A stretch of 62,994 nucleotides of DNA, the filler included, from Octopus bimaculoides (lineage: Eukaryota), in NCBI RefSeq assembly GCF_001194135.2. It is 6 parts of 4 records of this genome, joined end to end, with 100 filler letters (N's around TTAATTAATTAA, not from the genome) between each part and the next. Parts side by side here need not be neighbours in the genome. Positions count along the whole stretch, not along the records: positions 9,321 to 37,885 come from NC_068982.1; 5 more parts are not named here. The stretch is one strand, 5' to 3'. The position numbers and the translations under genes were made by a program. The notes beneath the pieces were generated by a model. It worked only from the letters and a program-made list of their open reading frames with translations, did no database searches and was not told the origin of the DNA. Positions 12,785-24,019 of this stretch are shown here, piece by piece. The number at the start of each line of letters is the position of its first letter. The first letter of the stretch is position 1.

Positions 12785-12851
12785 CTGTGTCTTGTTTATT
12801 TTTGGCGATGTTTGCTTCAGGATTAATCCACAGAGTTTGTGTAACAACATG
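12785..12851 (+). CDS. KRTCAP2: Penultimate coding exon of keratinocyte-associated protein 2 (OST complex subunit KCP2)
   Basis: ttctatttTCAG|...ATG|GTAAGA, 67 nt; reads [22 protein letters not shown](C), matching recalled human [23 protein letters not shown]. Confidence 0.93.
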
Positions 12852-13691
12852 GTAAGATTAATTCTTTAAAAATCTACATTTTGGCTTTGTTTTCTCAGAT
12901 TGTTATATTACTTGATTCCTTTTCTCAGTGGGAAACAAACTAATGTTGGTTTCCCTGTCATGGCTGGACATGTTTGTATGGAAGATTAGAAATGAACACC
13001 ACTTGTATAACAGTGATACTCATTTACATCTATCACATGTTATAAGAAAGAGACACAAATGCATGCCTCCATATGTGCGCACACACACACACACTCATAC
13101 TCACAGACAGACACACACACATTCATGAATGACGTTTAAGATTTTTGGAGTATTCTCACAAGAGTCAGAAATGAAATGGAAAACATTGACCAGAAACTGC
13201 TGCATTTTACATGTCATTTGCACAATTTAAAACAAATAAATAAACATTTTCTTTGATAGCTTTCATATTCCAAATATATTCAAACAGTGAATATTTCAAG
13301 AGAAAACAGATTCAGATTAACAGCTGAATGATTGGAAATGTGTAACTCTGAGAACTAGATTTAGGAGCCTTTCGGTTATTTTGTTTTAAGAATACTCTAC
13401 AATTATGTATTTATGTATTGAGTTCTGTAATTTATCACATATCAGTGAATCAACAGGTATATATATACACACACACACACACACATACAGATATATGTGT
13501 GTGTATATATGTATGTATATGGCAAATAAGAAAATGGAGAGAATACAAAACGACATACATCATCTGGTAGACATTCCAGTGTGTCTATTTATTCCAAAGC
13601 ATTAGAAAGTATTAGAAGAAAACATACACATGTAGTAACTATGTGTTACACACACATGTATTAATATTACAGAAAAGAGCAAATGCTCAGT

Positions 13692-13816
13692 TCCTTATGG
13701 CCGTTTCTGCCAAGAGGCAACAAAATCCTCCATGCCATCTCCATCTCTTCAGTGTTCTGTAGGGATGGGCAGATAAAGTTTAAATGATGAGTGTGCCTCT
13801 AGGCTTCTTCAGAGGG
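13692..13816 (-). ncRNA. Type I hammerhead-like motif with long stem II
   Basis: CCU-CUGAAGA-A-GCCUAGAGGCA..~70 nt..UGCCUCUUGGC-A-GAAAC-GGCC-AUA-AGG. Confidence 0.6.
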
Positions 13817-14398
13817 TCTAAGTGGTTAGGAGGGCTAATATATATAATAAACAGTTAACAATAGGTACAGTGTATTTGTCATTATTAAAAAGGGCAGAAA
13901 AAGAACAGGAGCAGACATGAGGCAGTGAGAGAAGTATAACTTATTAAAATGAATTAATTATAGGAAGGGGAAATGAGCTACAAACTTCCTGTGATGTATT
14001 CCAGGATCCATGTTACTTCGTCCAATGATAGGTGAATATAGTTGTTCTTGGGAGGAGTTTTTAGGAAGGGTGAATTTAGGCAGTAGTTAGCATTATGTTT
14101 ACATAGAAATACAGTGGTGGATTTGAAGTAAATAAGTGAGTATGTGCGATAACTAAAATAATAGGACTAAGGGAAGAGGACCCTAAAGGACAGCATAAGA
14201 AAAGTAAAAGAGTATAAACGTATAAAAATATAAAACATATATCTATCTATTGGGGGAATCTACTGTATATGGTTAAATGTAATATAGGAGCTGGATAGGG
14301 GATTCATTGTTGGCAGAAGGAGGTGGAATTTGTGAATAGGGACAAAAATGAACCGGACCAGAAGGGTAGTGGTTGTTTGTTTTGCTAACTTATAATTC

Positions 14399-14790
14399 GA
14401 GCGAGATCGTTGCCAGTGCCGATGGACTGGCTCCATGTGCAGGTGACACGTAATACACCATCTCAAGCGTGGCCTTTGCCAGTAAGACATCCGAGTGAGA
14501 TCATTGCCAGTGCCAATGGACTGGCTCCTGTGCAGGTGGCACGTAAAACACACCATTTCGAGCGTGGCTGTTGCCAGTACCCGCCTGACTGGCTCTCGTG
14601 CCGGTGGCACGTAAAAGCACCCACTACACTCTCGGAGTGGTTGGCGTTAGGAAGGGCATCCAGCTGTAGAAACTCTGCTAAATCAGATTGGAGCCTGGTG
14701 TCCCCTCCTGGTCCACCAGTCCTCAGTCAAATCGTCCAACCCATGCTAGCATGGAAAGCGGATGTTAAACGACGACGACGATGATGATAG
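14399..14790 (+). mobile_element. RTE-type 3' tail element (family D) with three tandem ~68-90 nt units
   Basis: ttgccagt..gactggctc..gtgc.ggtggcacgtaa repeated three times, then conserved tail with palindrome ccatgctagcatgg and (gac/gat)n. Confidence 0.85.
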
Positions 14791-16329
14791 TTATTTAGTG
14801 TTAAAACTTATACTAGTAAAATATAGAATATTAGATATAAAGTATTAGAGGAATGGCACTGTGTTATAGTGTTAAATTATTAAGTTAAGTGTTTTATTTA
14901 AAAAGGGGTAGTTTGAAGAGAATGTTTACATGGATATATATATATATATATTCATGTCTTCCTGGGTCTTCCTCTTGCACCGCTATATATACACCGCTAA
15001 TGGTGATTCTGTGTATAGCTAAGGGGAGGGGGGGGTAACCCGAGTATTTCTAGCTACTTAAATTAATTAGTTAATTAATTAATTAATTGATTCCGTATTG
15101 GAATAGTACTCATTTAGGTTTAAGGCAAGAGGTCATATCAGTTGCAGATGCAAATTGGAAGTATTTCTGTTCGGGTAAGGGTGTAGGCATCTATGGATTA
15201 CGATGTATTAGGTAGTTTTAGCTATAGTAAATTGCACTATATTATACTCAATTATCCGATTGTACATAATGGTTAGTATTTATAATTTAAGCTAGTGGAC
15301 AGTGTGCTATATTATTATTATTATTACTCTGTTCATTTCTAGGGTGCATTTTAATTACTAGGTACTAGTATGTATGATGAACTAATCCTGCTAGTATGTA
15401 TGATGAACTAGAACCTTTAGTGTATTTACTAAAAGTTCATAATAGAAGGGTTCTTAGCCACAGTGTATAAGCCATGTTTATGTAGAGTATTCCTAGTAGG
15501 AGTATGCAGTAATATACCCTCAATAGACAAAAACGATGGGGTATTACTATCTGTACCTGTCTATACTCATATTCCAGCAATCATACGTACGAATACATCT
15601 ACAGACCCACATATGCTCCTATACTAATACTAATCAGGTATATATTTACACCCATATCCATGTGTGTACACCATTAAATACATGCAAATCCATACTGGCC
15701 CTTACCCACACCCTTATCTCCACACATGTATATATCCATTTCCATAACTATGGATACATATGTGTGCAAACATCTAAGAACCTATTGCTTACATAGTCTC
15801 TCATATATACCTATATAAATGTGCATATATGCATACGTACACATGCCCATAATTATATCTATATAAGTCTGTATATACATACATACACACACATAAACAT
15901 GTGTATATATATATATATATATACACCCACACACACACATACATATACATGTACACACAAACATACCATACATTTACATACATACACACGCACACATGTA
16001 TATATACACTTAAACAATGCACACTCATATATACAGACACAATACATGTAGTCACCTATACATACATAGCCTTATACCTACACATACACACAGAAATAGG
16101 GTTACAATCGTTTGTACTTATATATGTGTGCACACACATATGCATAAATACACACATACATATATACATCCGCACACACAGCATACATGCATATATTCGT
16201 ACAAACGTACATACACTCAAAAGTATATGCAAGTACCTACCTGGAAAAGGTAAATCGTATACTGTTGATTCACTGAACAGTGATGATACAGAACTTGATA
16301 GAGTAAATGTACACACAAACATATGATGG

Positions 16330-16460
16330 GAATCCACACGATTTCCATCTACCAAATTCATTCACAAGGCATTAGTTGGCCTGGGGTTATAGTAGAAGTC
16401 CCTTGCTCCAAGGCACCACACATAGAGACTGAAGGCTCCAAGGTACCACACATAGGGACT
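16330..16460 (-). mobile_element. SINE family A fragment with ~30-nt internal tandem duplication
   Basis: ctccaagg(c/t)accacacatag(a/g)gactgaag occurs twice. Confidence 0.65.
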
Positions 16461-16567
16461 GAAGACAATAAATACACAGCCATGGTTTAGATTGACCAAC
16501 AGCATATTAATTTAGATAGTTAAATATGTACAAGTTAAGTTCTATACAAGTATTGATGAGAGAGTAT

Positions 16568-16856
16568 TAGTTAGTTAGTTGGCACTCCGTCGCTTACGAC
16601 GTCGAGGGTTCCAGTTGATCCGATCAACGGAACAGCCTGCTCGTGAAATTAACGTGCAAGTGGCTGAGCACTCCACAAACACGTTTACCCTTAACGTAGT
16701 TCTCAGGAATATTCAGCGTGACACAGTGTGACAAGGCTGGCCCTTTGAAATACAGGCACAACAGAAACAGGAAGTAAGAGTGAGAGAAAGTTGTGGTGAA
16801 AGAGTACAGCAGGGTTCGCCACCATCCCCTGCCGGAGCCTCGTGGAGCTTTAGGTG
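16568..16856 (-). mobile_element. 5'-truncated SINE family C with 14-bp TSD
   Basis: Body matches 55785-56143; TGATGAGAGAGTAT at 16554-16567 and 16855-16868. Confidence 0.9.
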
Positions 16857-16994
16857 ATGAGAGAGTATATGTGTGTGAGAAAGACAGATTTCATCGTTCC
16901 AATCATCATTGTTGGTATGGGAGGTAACTCTGGACTTAACATTTGTACGTGTGCAATACAATTATTCAGAGAGAAACGGTTATCTCCAACAAAC

Positions 16995-17150
16995 TCGTCA
17001 TCATCATTGTTTTAATGTCCCCTTTTCCATACTCACATAGGTTGGATGGAGTTTTTTGAAGCAGATTTTCTTCGCCCAGATTTTCTTCCTGCTGCTAACC
17101 CTTACCTGTTTCCATGCAGAGATAATAATTCCCAATGAATAGACATGTTT
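16995..17150 (-). mobile_element. RTE tail variant (family D2)
   Basis: catcattgttttaatgtcccc.tttccat..ggttggatgga; same tail as 17715-17830 and ~19960-20050. Confidence 0.6.
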
Positions 17151-17266
17151 TTACAGAATATTGGTAATGAAAGACACTGCTTGTATGACAGTGATACTCA
17201 TTTACAACTATCATGTGATCTCAAGACAAAGTACCTCAAACATACACACACACACACACGTGGAGG

Positions 17267-17712
17267 GAAGTTGTGCAAGAGGAAGACCCAGGAAGACATG
17301 GGACAAAGTATTGAAGGCTGATCTCAAAACACTGAGCCTTACAAAGGAGATGATAGAGGCCCAAACTAAACAGCACATTGCTATGCTTAAAAAGGCCTGT
17401 GCACCACAACAGAATTGAGATCCTAGAACCAATGTACCATGTAAAAAGCATTGGTGTGGGTGCTGGCACCACATAAAAATGCACTGATTCTGGTGTTACA
17501 TGAAAAGCACTGGAGCTGGTACCACGTAAAAAGCACTGGTGATGGTGTCATGTGAAAAGCATCTAATACTCTATGGAGTGGTTGGCGTTAGGAAAAGCAT
17601 CCAGTCATAGAAACCAAGCCAAAACAGACTATGGAACCTGATGCTGCCCATGGTTTTGCCAGTTCCTACCAACCCATACCAGCATGGAAAATGGACGCTA
17701 AATGATGATGAT
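17267..17712 (+). mobile_element. RTE-clade LINE 3' end (ORF C-terminus, repeat-containing 3' UTR, tail)
   Basis: VEGSCARGRPRKTWDKVLKADL, the typical RTE C-terminal RGRPxKTW motif; followed by ggtg..acgtaaaaagcact repeats and (tga)n. Confidence 0.85.
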
Positions 17713-17714
17713 GA

Positions 17715-17975
17715 ATCATTGCTTTCCTCATCATTTTAACATGCACTTTACTTTGCTTGCAAGGATGACAGAATTTGTTGAAGCACATTTTCTACAGCCA
17801 GATTGCCCTTCCTGTCACCAACCCTCACCTAGGGACCAGCTTCTAACACTTCTACCCATGTCTTGTTTGGTTTTCCTCTTCCATAATTTCCTTCCAGTTG
17901 GATCTCTTGGTACTTCTTTACCTGTCTGTCATCATCCTTATACATCACATGTCCTCACTTTAAAGAAAATCTTAA
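17715..17975 (-). mobile_element. Second RTE LINE 3' end in opposite orientation
   Basis: Minus strand GHVMYKDDDRQVKKYQEIQLEGNYGRGKPNKTWVEV plus D2 tail. Confidence 0.75.
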
Positions 17976-18817
17976 CTAATGGAATACAAGATATTGAAGT
18001 GGAGAAGTAGATGTTAAAAATATCCTCAGAGGGTGTATATTTGAAAGTGTATGTAATTATTGACACAATAAGCACCCAGTAAAGTGGTTGGCTTTTAGAA
18101 GTTACATCAAGCTGTAGAAACCAGGCCAAAACAGGTATTGGAGCTTGATGCAATATAATAGTTCTATTATAATCAAGGATTTGACTAATGCTTTATGGGT
18201 GAATTTGGTACATGGATAATGTGTGTGTACATGTGTGTTTGTGTTTGTATCTCACTACTTGAAAATCAGTGTTGGTTTGTTTACACCCTTGAAACTTAGC
18301 AGTTATGCAGGAAAAAAAAAACATTGGAATAATTACCACACTTGAGATTATAAGATTTCTTTCATTAAAACTCCTCTTCAAGGTGCCGTCCCAGCAAGGC
18401 TGGATTTCAATGACTGAAATACCTTATATACTCGAGTAAAAGTTAGTCTCATATAAAAGTAGCTTCCCACTCAATTGCTGTAGCTCATTGTGAGTGTGTT
18501 TTCATTTTGAGATCATTTAGACTTCTGTTACTGTTAAGGTATTTTGGGTTCTACCATGAACTTCAACTCCTGGAAAGTAGTATTTATGTAATCATCAACC
18601 CATAAATTTAACCTTAAAAATATGGTCTAAAATAATTCATACATGAGTATATATGGTAAGTATTTTATGATTTTGCTTAGCATAGTGATACTAAAAACCA
18701 GTTGTGAGAAGTCAATTTATATGTATACTTTAGAATAAAAGTGTTAGGTGAGTACAGAGCATGGTTTTTAATTTTAAATATTGAACAATAAGGAGACTGG
18801 AATTACATACCATCATT

Positions 18818-18897
18818 AGCTTATAGTTGTTTCTGCTATAAGAAGCAATGCATTCAGAGCGAGTGCTTGTGCAACATCTTATAGCTTCTTCAGAGCC
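18818..18897 (-). ncRNA. Type I hammerhead-like motif with long stem II
   Basis: GGCU-CUGAAGA-A-GCUAUAAGA..UCUUAUAGC-A-GAAAC-AACU-AUA-AGCU; perfect 9-bp stem II; homologous to 47682-47763. Confidence 0.6.
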
Positions 18898-19051
18898 ATT
18901 AAGATTGTTAATGTAAGCTAATGAAGTTGATTATGTACTTTCCTGTTCCTTTGTCATTCAATAATTAATAGTATATATTGGTTTATCTAACAAAATTTTA
19001 TTTTATTTTTAATCTAATCTTTCATTCTCTTACTTTTCCTCTTTTTTTTAG

Positions 19052-19151
19052 CTTCATATTCTCCGTCATAGCATTGTACTTCATCAACAGGTTGTCAATG
19101 ACACTTTATGCTCCTCCACCAGTTGCTGTGGCTTCCAAGAAACGGAAGTGA
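19052..19151 (+). CDS. KRTCAP2: Terminal coding exon of KRTCAP2/KCP2
   Basis: Polypyrimidine tract + AG at 19050-19051; phase fits previous exon (TG|C = Cys); FIFSVIALYFINRLSMTLYAPPPVAVASKKRK* versus recalled human FIFSMVGLYYINKISSTLY...KKRN. Confidence 0.93.
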
Positions 19152-19199
19152 TGTAATTTTCAACTTTAATGCTATTTCTTGCTTTTACTTTTTACTGCT

Positions 19200-19310
19200 A
19201 ATAAACATTTTGGAAAGTAAAAAAACAAAAAACAAACTGTTCTTTTTGTGTATTTTTTTCCTTTTTACTTTGTTGTATCATAGGACGGTCATTATGTCAG
19301 TAATAATAAA
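19200..19310 (+). promoter_or_regulatory. Candidate KRTCAP2 polyadenylation signals
   Basis: AATAAA at 19200-19205 and 19305-19310 downstream of the stop; usage unknown. Confidence 0.45.
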
Positions 19311-19560
19311 CACACACACTGGTTCTATTTTACTTCTTATTTATTTACCAATTGGTTAACCATTTAACCAATTAACTAATAAATTTTTGATTAATAATTT
19401 GGTCAATCAATTAATCAGTTAGGTTTGTTAAAGTCCTTTTTCCACCATTTGCAACCTTATAAATTACACGCCCTCTCTATTTCAGGTCTGTCTGAGACAC
19501 ACTTTGATGAACCTAACTGATTGCCTGACTGAATGATTAACCAAACAATTAATTAATTGA

Positions 19561-19775
19561 TTAAACCTTAAGCATTCAGATTACCCTATTACATGTAATG
19601 CTTATTGATTAAATTGTTTTGAATTAATCATGCATTATCTCATAGCTTTCAATGATGTGATTGTTTACTTTTAGAATGACATTGCAGAGTAGGTGCGCAA
19701 GGCCTGATCAGGTCAGTTTGAATACAAAGCAAGTAGAATATTTGGGTCTGATATGATTGGTTTGAATGTTAATGC
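19561..19775. mobile_element. Decayed MITE-like repeat (possibly TTAA/piggyBac-type)
   Basis: ttaaaccttaagcattcagattac...tttgaatgttaa; resembles a recalled octopus repeat; termini degenerate. Confidence 0.4.
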
Positions 19776-20796
19776 ATAAAGAAGTGAAACTGAACCAGTG
19801 CATGTATTTATTATTGGCATAATAATCCTCCCAAGATACAAGATATGTTTCAACACATAAGTTTGAATCAAGAATCTTGTGAACTAAATACAAAAAGAAA
19901 ATTTTCTTTTTACATTTTTATTATATTTCACTTTTTGCAAAAATTCTAAAATTCATTGTCATCATCATCATCCTATTGAGATGAAATTCATTCTGGCAGA
20001 TTTTTCTCCAACCAGTTACTCTTCCTCTCATGAATCCTCACTTGTTTTCTTAGCAAGGTATTATTTCCTCATAGCCCGACATGTTTTCATGGAAGACTAG
20101 AAACAAACAACACTGCTCTTACAGCATTGATGCTGATGGCAGTTATGTGATGTAAAGACAAATAGTCATGCATACAAACAACCATACATACATACACAAT
20201 GGGATTCTTTTTAGTTTCCATCTTCCAAATCAATTCACAAGCTTTGGTTGACTATAACTAGTAGAAGACAGCTGTTCAAGGTGCAGCAAAATGAGACTGA
20301 ATCTGAAACTAAGTGGCTGAGGAACAATAATCTATAATAATAATACTCTTGTGTTTTTCTCTGTCGCAACATATGAATGAGAAAGGAAGGGGTGTCAGAT
20401 GAATAAGGAAGGAAGGGGTGATGGCAAACTGTTAGTAGGAGCGTTTCAACTCGGTGAGTATATGTGTGTATATGTAAAAGGGAGGTATGTGAGTGTGTGT
20501 GTGCAATGGGATTGGGATGGTGAACATTCAATGCTGAAAAGAAAAATGAAACAATGTTTCAACTTTGAGTATATGTGTATATGTATGTGCATGTACAAGG
20601 GAAGTATGTGTATGTTTGTGTGAACCAGCCTTCTTTCAGTAACAAATGATGATTGATGTCACATCTCAAACGACAACCACTAGAGAACATTGATGAGTGA
20701 ATTGATTTACCATCCATATTTATATATAAAATACTACAATTAGCCATCATTTTTGGCAGTACGGGGCCAGCTAGTTACCCATAATTGCAGTAATAA

Positions 20797-21008
20797 GGCA
20801 GCAGGCTGGCAGAACTGTTAGCAAACCAGGCAAAATACTTGGTGGCATTTCATGTCTTTATATTCTGAGCTCAAATGCCACCATAGTCACCTTTGCATTT
20901 CATCCTTTTGGGGTTAATAAAATAAGTACCAGTTGAGTACTGAGGTTTATGTAATTGACTTAACCTTCCCTCAAAATTTCTGGCTTTGTGCCAAAATTTG
21001 AAACCAAT
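20797..21008 (+). mobile_element. SINE family B
   Basis: gctggcagaactgttagc...aataagtaccagttgagtactg. Confidence 0.8.
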
Positions 21009-21462
21009 AATCACAGTAATTTATTTATAGGTGAATGGTTTACTTCTTTATATAAAAAATGGATCTTGGTCAAGATTTCCAACCACGAGCGTCCAGTTGT
21101 TCAATCAATCTACCAGGCTCACTGATTTAGTATTGAAGTGGCTGAATATTCCACAGGCATACTTTTATTGTGGTTCTTTGATGGACTCAGCATGACATGG
21201 TATGTGACAAGGCTGTGTATTTAAATAACAGACTACAACCCATTTAATGGCCTTCTACATTGTTGCCATTTATCTAGTTTCACTCCCAAGGGTTGGGTTG
21301 ATCTGAGGCTATAAATTCAGTGTGTACCTTTGAATTACAAATACAATCAATCCAATGGACTTCTACACAATGCACCTTCTGTATTGTATCATCACTCCAC
21401 TGATGTGCCTACCAAAGGTACCCAATATTATCCTTTGTCCTCTTTCATCATTCTACTGATCA

Positions 21463-21640
21463 TCATCATCATCATTATCATTTAGTAACCGTTTTCTATG
21501 CTGACATTGGTTCAATGGTCTAACAAGCCAGAGGACTGTGAATCTCCAGTGTCTACTTTGGCAAGCTTTCTATGGCTGGATGCCTTTCCTTATGCCAGCC
21601 ACTTTACATAGTTTGATGGGTGCTTTTTATGTGGCACCAG
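21463..21640 (-). mobile_element. RTE tail element (family D), decayed
   Basis: (cat)n..ttctatggctggatgcctttcc..ggtgctttttatgtggcacc. Confidence 0.7.
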
Positions 21641-22772
21641 CAACAGTGAGATCAAGTAATCTGCAAGATAAGACTGAGATGGGGAATGGTGAAGGAAGTG
21701 GTTGTGTGCCAACTGATGAGAAATTAATGTATGATAGAAGGCCAGAAGCAGGTGTCATGCTGTAGAGAAAATACATGGCTATTCCAGATGGAAAAGGAGG
21801 GAAAATGGTCAAGAGGTATCAGGGTATATCCTCAAGTTACAGGAAGGTGAACATAATAGCAGTGGTTCAGAGGATTTGACAGGATGAATGGATAGGTAAG
21901 TTCACAGGAGAGTGGAAGACAGAGGTAAATTCAGTGACTAGGGAACATCAGTGGAGGCATGGTTGGTCAGTGGTATATATAATGCACTGATATACCTTGT
22001 GGTATATTGTCTCTCTACAGACATTATTAAAGTTAAGTAAGTAAACATGATTCAATGAGCATGTAGAAATAAGGAGACAGGTAACTGAAATAATTGTTTA
22101 AATAGGACAACTAGCTGTCACTTATTCATATCAATGTGAAATGAAGTGCCTTGTAAACATGTTGCTATGATGCATTTGCAAAGATATACCTCATTGTGAT
22201 GTAAATATATTGCTGTGTTGTACTCGCAAAAATGCACCTGATATATTGCTATGGTGTGCCTGTAAAGATGTACGTCATTGTGGGTATAGTGTTTCTGGGT
22301 TAAGTAATAGTTATATGGGTAATCTGTTATTTGTCTTTGTTAATGGCAAAAACAAGAAAATTTCAAAGAGAAAGTAATTTGGGGATGGGGTCTCTGGCTT
22401 TGAAAGTATATTAAAATAGATAAAGAAACAAACATGCTGGAGTTTTCTAGTGCATTAGCATTGCCTTGACTTGCAATCATTGATATCAATGTCAGTTTGG
22501 CTGTATGCAGGTATGTATGTATGAGTGTATGTATGTAAGTGCGTACATATATATGTATATTTTCTTTTTTCTTTTCTATTTAGAGTTAATTTTGACTGGT
22601 CCCCTGATTAGTAGCAAGATTGTGAAGGAAAGCATCATGTTTTATACATCAGCCTTTAAATCTTAAGAAGGGCTTGCAGATTTTTATTGTCTTTCATTTT
22701 ATGATCATTTGAAGAATATGAATTAAAGGTTTTCATTTTCTCTCCAAGAAGTTGCTTGTGTGTATGTATATA

Positions 22773-22803
<31 letters not shown>

Positions 22804-22974
22804 TTTAATAGATGCATGTATGAATGTATATTTGTGTGTGTGTATGTATGTATGCATATGTACATCTCCGTATGTATACATGCATGTGTGTAGGTGTATG
22901 TGTGTATCTCCAAATCTGTAATTATGTATGTATATGTTTATATGCATGTAAGTATGAACGTGTGTGTGTATGTA

Positions 22975-23844
22975 AGGGCTGTTTGGGCTAAATTTGACAG
23001 TTTGCATCAAAAGAAAACAATATACCGTCCAAAAAACTAAAAAAAAATATCAACCAAATTATGGCTGGGAGATAACAGTTTATTCAAAGTAGCTGCATTC
23101 AGCTTCCACTATAGCCTCAAGACAGCCCCAGAACCTGGTGCATGCTTTCCTAACTGTGTCTTTGGAAAGATCTTTGAACACTTCCTTGATCTTGGCCATC
23201 AAGTCAGCCTTGGTGTTGCAGGAAGAGCAGTTGATATCTTTATCAACTGCATCCCATACATAGTAATCCATGGGATTATAAGTGGGAAAATTAGGAGGCT
23301 AGAAATTGGAACTGTGAAGTTGTAGAAATTCTCTGACAACCACTTCTGATTCTTTCAAGAGTTATGGCAAGGAGGCAAATCCTGCTGTCACACATATGGC
23401 CTCCCAGCAGCAACCTTCTTCAGTCAGGGATTGATCAGTGTCCAGTTGCTTCACATAACCATCTGAATTTATCCTATGGCTATGTTCATCAGTTGTTGGA
23501 TGAATTCGAGCTTCTGGCCACTGTCAGAATGCTTACTGTGTCCCTTTCTGCTGGCCACAGCTTCATAGTCACCATTCCAGCTATCCATGTCAAGTCTTAC
23601 AACCTTTACAGTGTTCACAGAGCACTGAGCAGCAGTCATGGCATTTGACAGCTAGTATGAATCACCATGATTCAGGCAACTCTTTTCCAGTATTCAGATG
23701 GCTTCAAGTCCTCCATGTTGGCTAACTTTTTCTCAACTACAAATTTAATCTTTATGTTCTCCAATGCTGTTGTTCACCAATACATCAAGCTGTTCTTGAA
23801 AAAAGGAAACATAAAAATTTCTGAAATTTTGCTTGAACATCCTG
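22975..23844 (-). mobile_element. Internally deleted maT-like (DD37D) Tc1/mariner relic
   Basis: QQDLPPCH...[W]PPNFPTYNPMDYYVW...ACTRFWGCLEAIVEAECSYFE*; 37 residues D-to-D after restoring one frameshift; degenerate TIRs with TA at both ends. Confidence 0.75.
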
Positions 23845-23974
23845 TATATGTGTGTATGCATGAATGTATGTATATGCATGTATACATATGTATGTATAGA
23901 TGTGTATGCATATAGGTATGTATGTCTATGTATATCCTGCATGTATATATGCATACATGTATGTGTGTCTGTAT

Positions 23975-24008
<34 letters not shown>

Positions 24009-24019
24009 ACACATATAAT

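Noticed and set aside
14410-14610. CRISPR-like repeat-spacer array (also 49330-49540)
   Set aside because: Eukaryotic context, degenerate repeats, irregular spacing, no cas genes; the first is an RTE 3' UTR.
22584-22666. Strong polypyrimidine/AG acceptor followed by LILTGPLISSKIVKESIMFYTSAFKS*
   Set aside because: No recognisable homology, no partner exon, and KRTCAP2 has already terminated.
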